From: Rebecca billardiae RCC1528
Lineage: Eukaryota > Protista > Haptophyta
Direction: 5' to 3'
Assembly: GCA_965240325.2 (NCBI GenBank)
Contig: OZ251232.1
Location: 310,001 to 374,000 of the forward strand
DNA length: 64,000 nucleotides
Shown: positions 58,354 to 64,000 of the stretch, one piece after another
Layout of the letters: each line of letters begins with the position of its first letter
Position numbering within the stretch: the stretch's first letter is position 1
Notes under the pieces: model-generated
The model's input: the letters and a program-made list of their open reading frames with translations, nothing else
Told to the model about the DNA's origin: nothing
Databases searched by the model: none
Program-made: the position numbers and the translations under genes

Positions 58354-60610
58354 TCACTGATGAGCAGTAGCTATGTTCTTAGCAGCAGACGACGGGGACC
58401 GTGCCCTCGGCCTCGGAGGTGCATAGCTCCTGCCCGCCCACGGCTCCGCGTCCACCGCCAGCGCCGCCGGGCGGCTGGCGGGAGCGTCGCCGCAGACTCC
58501 TCCCGAGTCAGCTGCCTCTGGCGCCTCCTCCGCTTCATCCGTGATGAGTAGCAGCTCGTCTGCCTCGTGGGAGAGGACCCCGGGCAGAGGCGCGACCGTG
58601 ACAGCCAGCTGGCCGCCGCCTGCTGCGCCGGCGGCACCGCTGTGCTCGGCCAGTTCAGAGCCGAGCGCCGTCGAGCTGCAGCTGCCGCCGTCGCTGTTGG
58701 TGCAGAGCAGAGACGACCTGGAGCCCCTGCGCAACAGGGGGCTCAGGTTGCCCAGCGAGGGCCGCCGGCCACTGTCCGTCGGCGCGATGTCGAGGGCTGC
58801 GCGGATCGCATCGTCGCTCAGCGTCTACGCCGAGTGCGTCGCCGGGGCGTGGCGAGGGTGGGCGCGGCCGGCGTTGCGCGCGGCGCGGCGGCATGGCGTG
58901 AGCTGCGCGAGCGCCAGCCTCCCCCCGTTGGCGCTCGTACAGTCGGCGCAGCTGGCGCGCACCTGCACCACGCCAATGAGTGTGACGAGGGCGAAGACGT
59001 GCATGAACGGGTAGCTGTTGGGCGCACCTGTGCGCAGGCCGATGCTCAGGGCGAGGCAGAGCGCGGCCGACGCGGCGCGCGTGAGCACCCGGAGACGGAG
59101 GCCTGCGCGCGTCTGCGCCCTGAGCAGGCAGAGCATGTGGTGGGCAAGCAGCGCCGCAAGGAACGCCGCCAGGTGCGCGAGCAGCGGGGGCGCGACGTCC
59201 GACGTCGGCGGCGGCGGCAGCAGCGCGCCGCGACCGCCGGCGGTCGCCGGCGGCGGCGCGCCCGACGCTCGCGCCTGCTGCACTGCGCCGAGTGTGATCG
59301 AGTTGCCGAGCGCGCACAGCGCGACCACGAGCGGGAGGTGGTTGTACAGCAGCAGGTACGTCTTCACCCTGCACGCCGCGCGCGCGCGCGCGCGCGCGCA
59401 CGCGACCGTCCGCGCGCGGCGTCACAGGGCCATCCATCCAGCCGGCCTCCGCGGCCAGCCGCGCGCGGACGCGCGGCAGCACGGCAGCGCGGAGCGCGCG
59501 CACGCACCTGAACCAGGTGCGCGACTCCCACTTGGACGGGCGCGGGAAGCCCAGCCCAAACGAGTACACGCGCACGATCGAGTAGGCGAACAGCAGCGCG
59601 AGCACCCCCAGCATGAACGAGGGCCCGAGCCCGGCGGCAGCACTCCCGTTCACGGGGCGCATGCGCACGTGCGCGACAAACGCGCGCATCGGCGGCATCA
59701 GGCAGGTGCACGAGAGGAGGATCAGCATCATCCGGCTGAAGCGCGACTCGCAGTGGCTCGTGTGCACGCCCGGCACGTCGGCGCACAGCGTCACGATCGC
59801 CAGCGGGCCGACGTAGTCGATGGCGAGTGCGCACAGCAGCACCATGCGCCTCGCGCGCGCTCCAAGCGCGGGCGCGAACGCGCCCGTCGCCCACAGCACG
59901 CTCACCGAGCCCAGCACGAGCATGCGCCACTGACTCGAGCGCTTTGATGGCTCGGCCCGGTCGCACGCGACGCGCGTGTAGTTGAGGAGCAGCAGCACGC
60001 GGTTGGCGAGGTAGCCGAGTGCGAACAGGTGCTCATACCCGGGCGCAAAGCACGCGAGCAGCACGGCCGCGAGCATCGAGCCGAGAGAGGTCGCGCGGAA
60101 GACCCAGTCGTCCGCCTCGTACCGCGCGGTGAAGAGCACGAAGCCCAGCCACGCGTTGAAGCAGCACAGGATCGACGTGTAGAACTCGATGAGGCTCTCG
60201 CCACCGTGCGCCTCGAAGCCAGACGAGATCACCTGCAGCGGCACGGCCTGGATGAGGTCGGTGAAGAGCTCGGTATTGTTCACGTGCGCGATCGTGCGCA
60301 CGCGCGCCTCGTTGATGAACGTCGTCCGGACGCCGTGCGTTCGCGGGTTGCTCAGCTTCCGCGCGCCGCTGTCCTTGAGCGCACCGGCAGCTGGCAGCGG
60401 CTGCCCAACAGCACCATCCGCCAGCGCGTTTGCCACACGCGCGCCGTCGGGCATGGTCCGACACTCCGCGGCGGGAATCGTCTGCCCGGAGTTCGCCCGG
60501 GCCGGAACACCGCGCCGGAAAAGGCGCGACGAAATATTCCGCCATTTCATCATCAAATCAACGTGTAAACTACCGTCCGACAGGGACAGCGGGAAGTCGT
60601 CGACGACCAT
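58354..60610 (-). CDS. Low-temperature requirement A (LtrA)-like multi-pass membrane protein, 3 exons
   Basis: Exons 60610 (or 60553/60454)-59508, 59368-58963 and 58824-58354. Motifs ELFTDLIQAV, AWLG..FTARY..DD..R, HCESRF..ILL and YNHLPLV. Confidence 0.8.
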
Positions 60611-60730
60611 CGGGCGCGCACTGCCGCTGTGCCCACGGCGATATCACAGACCAGGCTGCCTCGATCGGATTCAAAACATATCGATCGTCGCGTTGCGCTG
60701 CTCAGCCGAAGAACGCCGCCTCCAGCCTCG

Positions 60731-62373
60731 TCATGAGCCCGACGTGTAGAAGTGGCGGTGCTCGCACACGTCCACCAGGTCGAGCAGGTTGGCCGCGAGC
60801 GGCCCGCCGAGTGGCACGTGCTCCAGGAGCCTGCGTGGACGGGCGGGGTGCGGCGCGCGCCGGCGGTCGCGTGAGCGCGGGGGCAAGGCGCGCGCCGCGC
60901 CCTGGCGCCGACGCCCAGCCGGCGCGAGGCCCATGGCTGGCGCAACGCTTCGCGGAGGGCGCGCATGCACGCGCGCACGCGCGCGTGCGCGCACCGTCCG
61001 AGCATGCGCACAGGCGGCGCAGTGAGCGCGTTGAGCACCGGCGGGCGGAGCAGGTAGAGCGCGAGGAGCGCACGCCGCCGACGGATCTCCGGCTGCCAGC
61101 CGGGCGGCGCTTCGGCCGGCGCCTGCGCCACCGCGCTCGCTGCGCCAACCGCGCGCGCATCCGATGCGCCAGGCTTGGGCGCGGGGCCTGTGAGTTCGCA
61201 CCGCTCTGCGCCGCTGCGCTCGGCTGGTTCGGACCGGGCCGAGCCCGCCGCACCCACCGCCTCCTCCCACGCCAGCCGCATGCACACGCGCGCGCGCGCG
61301 CGCTGCTGCGCGCGCCGCGCCGCGAGCGCCGTGCACAGCGCCGCGAGCAGGTCGAGGCCGAGCGCCACCAGCCACGGGAGCCATGCGCGCGCGCGCGCCG
61401 TGCGGCGCGCGCGTGCGTCGGCCGCGCCGCGAGCCGTGGCGCGCGCGCCTGGCTGAGGCCGGGCGCACACGCTGAGGAGCGCCGTGTACACGAGCGGGCG
61501 CAGCACCCAGAGCAGCTCGCCTGCGAGCAGCAGCCGCGAGCCGGCATCGTCGCCGTCGACGCCGTCGGCGGCGAAGCCGTCGCGCTGCGCCGGCGCTGGC
61601 TCGCGAGCTGCCGCCGAGTGTGAGCGTGCCGCCCCGTCTGCGCGCGCGCCCTCCGCCTCGTGCGCGGGGTGGGCCTCGCCGTTGGGCGCGCGTGGCTCGG
61701 GGTCGGCCGTGTCAGCGAGGTCTGCCAGGGGCGAGCGCGGCCACCGGCCGACGAGCAGCGCGCCCTCCCGCGTCGGCGCCACTTCGGCCGTGCTGCCGCC
61801 GACGTGCATGCGCACGGCCGTGCCGACGCGTCGCTGCATCTCGCTCAGCGGCTCCGCGAGCGGCGAGGTTGAGTCGCCCGGCTGCTCGTCCGCGCCGTCC
61901 GCCGGCGGGTGGATCAACGCGCTGTGCCGGAGCGCGACGATCTGCAGGCGGATGGCCGCCTTCGTCGCCTCCAGCGCGTTGACCACCCGAAGTCGGCCGC
62001 GCTCTCCGCCCACTCGCTCCGCGCCAATCTCAGCGGCTGCCTCGAACGTCTGCACGGCGCGCAGCAGCTGCCAGGCGCGCCGACGGGCGGCTGAGTTGGC
62101 CTGCTCCGCGCTGACGTGCTCCGGTCGCATCCCCGCAGGCGGATCGGGCTCGGCGAGCGCGTCGTTGGCCAGTGAGAACAGGTTGACGGTCGAGAGCAGC
62201 GTCTCCGCGCCGAGATCGCTCTCGGCAAAGCGCCCGGGCAGCCAGTACGTGCCCGCGCGCAGCGCCGTCTCGAGCCAGTCGAACGTCTCCCGATGGCCCC
62301 GAACGAGCTCGCGCCAAGAGCGCAGCACTGCGGGGCCGACAGCGCGCGGTGCGTCATCCTCACGACCATCCAT
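60731..62373 (-). CDS. PEX16: Peroxisomal membrane protein PEX16, 2 exons
   Basis: Exons 62373-60995 and 60830-60731. ETALRAGTYWLPGRFAESDL, GELLWVLRPLVY, WLPWLVALGLD, EIRRR..YLLRPP and C-terminal HFYTSGS. Confidence 0.92.
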
Positions 62374-62516
62374 GGCAGCTGCTGCCGTCGTAAGTCGTTC
62401 GGATCTCTTGGCCGCGGACGTTCGAGGCGGTGCAAGGCCGCCGCGTGAACAGATTTCCGCGGCAGCAACGACGACAGCTTCGCGAGAGAGTGCGGCGCGT
62501 CGCGCGCGCCGACGGC

Positions 62517-64000
62517 ATGAAGATCCAGCATGGCGTCGCCGCCGCAGTCGGCCTGATGGCCGGCATCATGGTGGCTGCGCTCATCCGGGAGAGCGCTTCG
62601 GGCCCGCCCCTCGACGCAGCGCGCGACGTGCGCGGCACGAGCGCGGCTGTGAAGCCAACTGATGCGCTCGGCGCGCCGGCCGCGCCGCGCATGGACGTGC
62701 CTACTGAGCGCACGCGTGCCGACCCGGCTCCTGCGGTCGATGCCACGCCCATCATACCCGCCCCTACGCCCGAGCCCGTGCGCGACGAGCCCGTGCGGCG
62801 CGCCGCCAGCCCGCCGCGAGGCTTTGCACAGCGCGCGCGCACACAGCGCGGGGCGCACCGTGTGCCTTTCCTTGTCGAGCCCGCGGCCGGGGCGACGGGC
62901 GCAGGCCCGGTGGCGGAGAGCGCGCGCACGGGTACCTCTGATCACGCCGGCGCCAAGCATCCGCCGCGGCAACCGGCGCCGACGTCGGTGGCGCCCACGC
63001 CGGCGCGTGCGGCCGCGGCCGACGCAGCCGCGGCCCCGCGCGCGGATCCGCGCCCGGCGCCCGCGTCGCCCTCGAGGGCGGCGGCGTCGGTGGCATCGGG
63101 CGGCGACGCGGCGGCGGGTGGCGCGGCGGCACCGAACGGCACGCGCGTGCCCGACGCGTGCGCCCTGCGCTGGCGCCCGGGCCTCGTGCCGCGCATCCGG
63201 CCGCCAGAGGATGCCAACCTGTCCGCGTGGTCACACTCGGCGGGCGCGGGCCGCGAGCGGCTCGACCGCTTCTTCGCGAAGCTGCTCAGCGGGCAGAACG
63301 TGACGGTGTACTTTCTGGGCGAGTCGGTCACGCGCGGCACCGGCGCCGACCACCAGTGCGTCACCTGCTCCGCGCCGCCGCCGCAGCCGGGGCGGCACGC
63401 CTGGATCAACCAGAGTGCCATCGACGCGGGCGCGCTCGGCGCGCACTACGCGGCCGCAGGCGCGCGCGGCGCGGGCGCGAGCTGGCCGTGCGCGGCGGAG
63501 GAGGCGGAGCGGGACACGTACGAGCGGTGCGCGAGCGCGCGCCGCCGGCGCGGCGCGCCGCCGCCGCCCGCCGACGCGGCGTCGGAGGCGCGCGCGCGCG
63601 CGTGCGAGGCTGTGGAGCGCGTGTGCTTCCCCCGCAACTCGTGGCGCTGTCTCGTGCTGCACTGGCTGCAGCACGCGTTCCCCGGCCAGGTGACGATGCG
63701 CACGTCGGCGAAGCCGCTGCTCTTCATGGCGTCGTGCTTCGCGCGCGCGCTCGACGGCGTCGACCTCGTCGTGCACGAGTACGCCGTCAACGGCGGCGGG
63801 CGGATGCTCTGCCTGCAGGAGCGCGTGCTGCGCGCGGCGCTGCTCGGACCGGGGCTGCCGGCCGTGCTGATGCTGCTGTGGATCCCGAAGCACTTCCGGC
63901 CCGCGCCGCCGCGCACGGTGCTGACGGACGTGCAGGACGCGCTCGGCGAGCTGGGCGACCACTACGAGCTGCCCACGCTGCGCATGGCCAAGGCGTTCAG
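62517..64000 (+). CDS. SGNH/GDSL hydrolase-like protein with N-terminal signal anchor (truncated by the window end)
   Basis: Frame open from the ATG at 62517 to the end (absent from the track because it has no stop). RLDRFFAKLLSGQNVTVYFLGESVTRG, DLVVHEYAVN, PAVLML and HYELP. Confidence 0.8.
   Translation, partial: MKIQHGVAAAVGLMAGIMVAALIRESASGPPLDAARDVRGTSAAVKPTDALGAPAAPRMDVPTERTRADPAPAVDATPIIPAPTPEPVRDEPVRRAASPPRGFAQRARTQRGAHRVPFLVEPAAGATGAGPVAESARTGTSDHAGAKHPPRQPAPTSVAPTPARAAAADAAAAPRADPRPAPASPSRAAASVASGGDAAAGGAAAPNGTRVPDACALRWRPGLVPRIRPPEDANLSAWSHSAGAGRERLDRFFAKLLSGQNVTVYFLGESVTRGTGADHQCVTCSAPPPQPGRHAWINQSAIDAGALGAHYAAAGARGAGASWPCAAEEAERDTYERCASARRRRGAPPPPADAASEARARACEAVERVCFPRNSWRCLVLHWLQHAFPGQVTMRTSAKPLLFMASCFARALDGVDLVVHEYAVNGGGRMLCLQERVLRAALLGPGLPAVLMLLWIPKHFRPAPPRTVLTDVQDALGELGDHYELPTLRMAKAF

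Overview
Eukaryotic, very GC-rich nuclear DNA with short CG-rich GT-AG introns. The style fits a haptophyte alga such as Diacronema/Pavlova; this is inferred from sequence character, not from a database match. About 17 protein-coding genes can be reconstructed. Housekeeping: RPN2/PSMD1, PRP4 kinase, PEX16, organellar uL18, an RluA-type pseudouridine synthase and a UFD1-UBX protein. Others: a 2OG-Fe(II) oxygenase, LtrA-like, SGNH-like, TupA-like ATP-grasp, CudA/STAT-like transcription factor, SHOCT protein and one hypothetical. The most unusual coding features are (i) a 6-exon, ~1245-aa fusion of a nucleoside hydrolase, ~6 TM helices and a TIR-like domain, and (ii) three intronless paralogues with Cys-less LOV-like PAS domains. 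Intergenic DNA is dense with non-autonomous TIR elements. These include a 6.2-kb foldback element built from mirrored 214-bp tandem arrays with a 7-bp TSD, two nested CAAGGG-ended foldback families (P/Galileo-like), TA-flanked Tc1/mariner-type MITEs, and a 1.8-kb element whose TIRs read like V(D)J 23-RSS (CACAGTG + 23 bp + ACAAACAAA). No rRNA, tRNA, CRISPR array or intact transposase was recognised. Most long ORFs in the supplied track are GC-rich antisense or out-of-frame artefacts.
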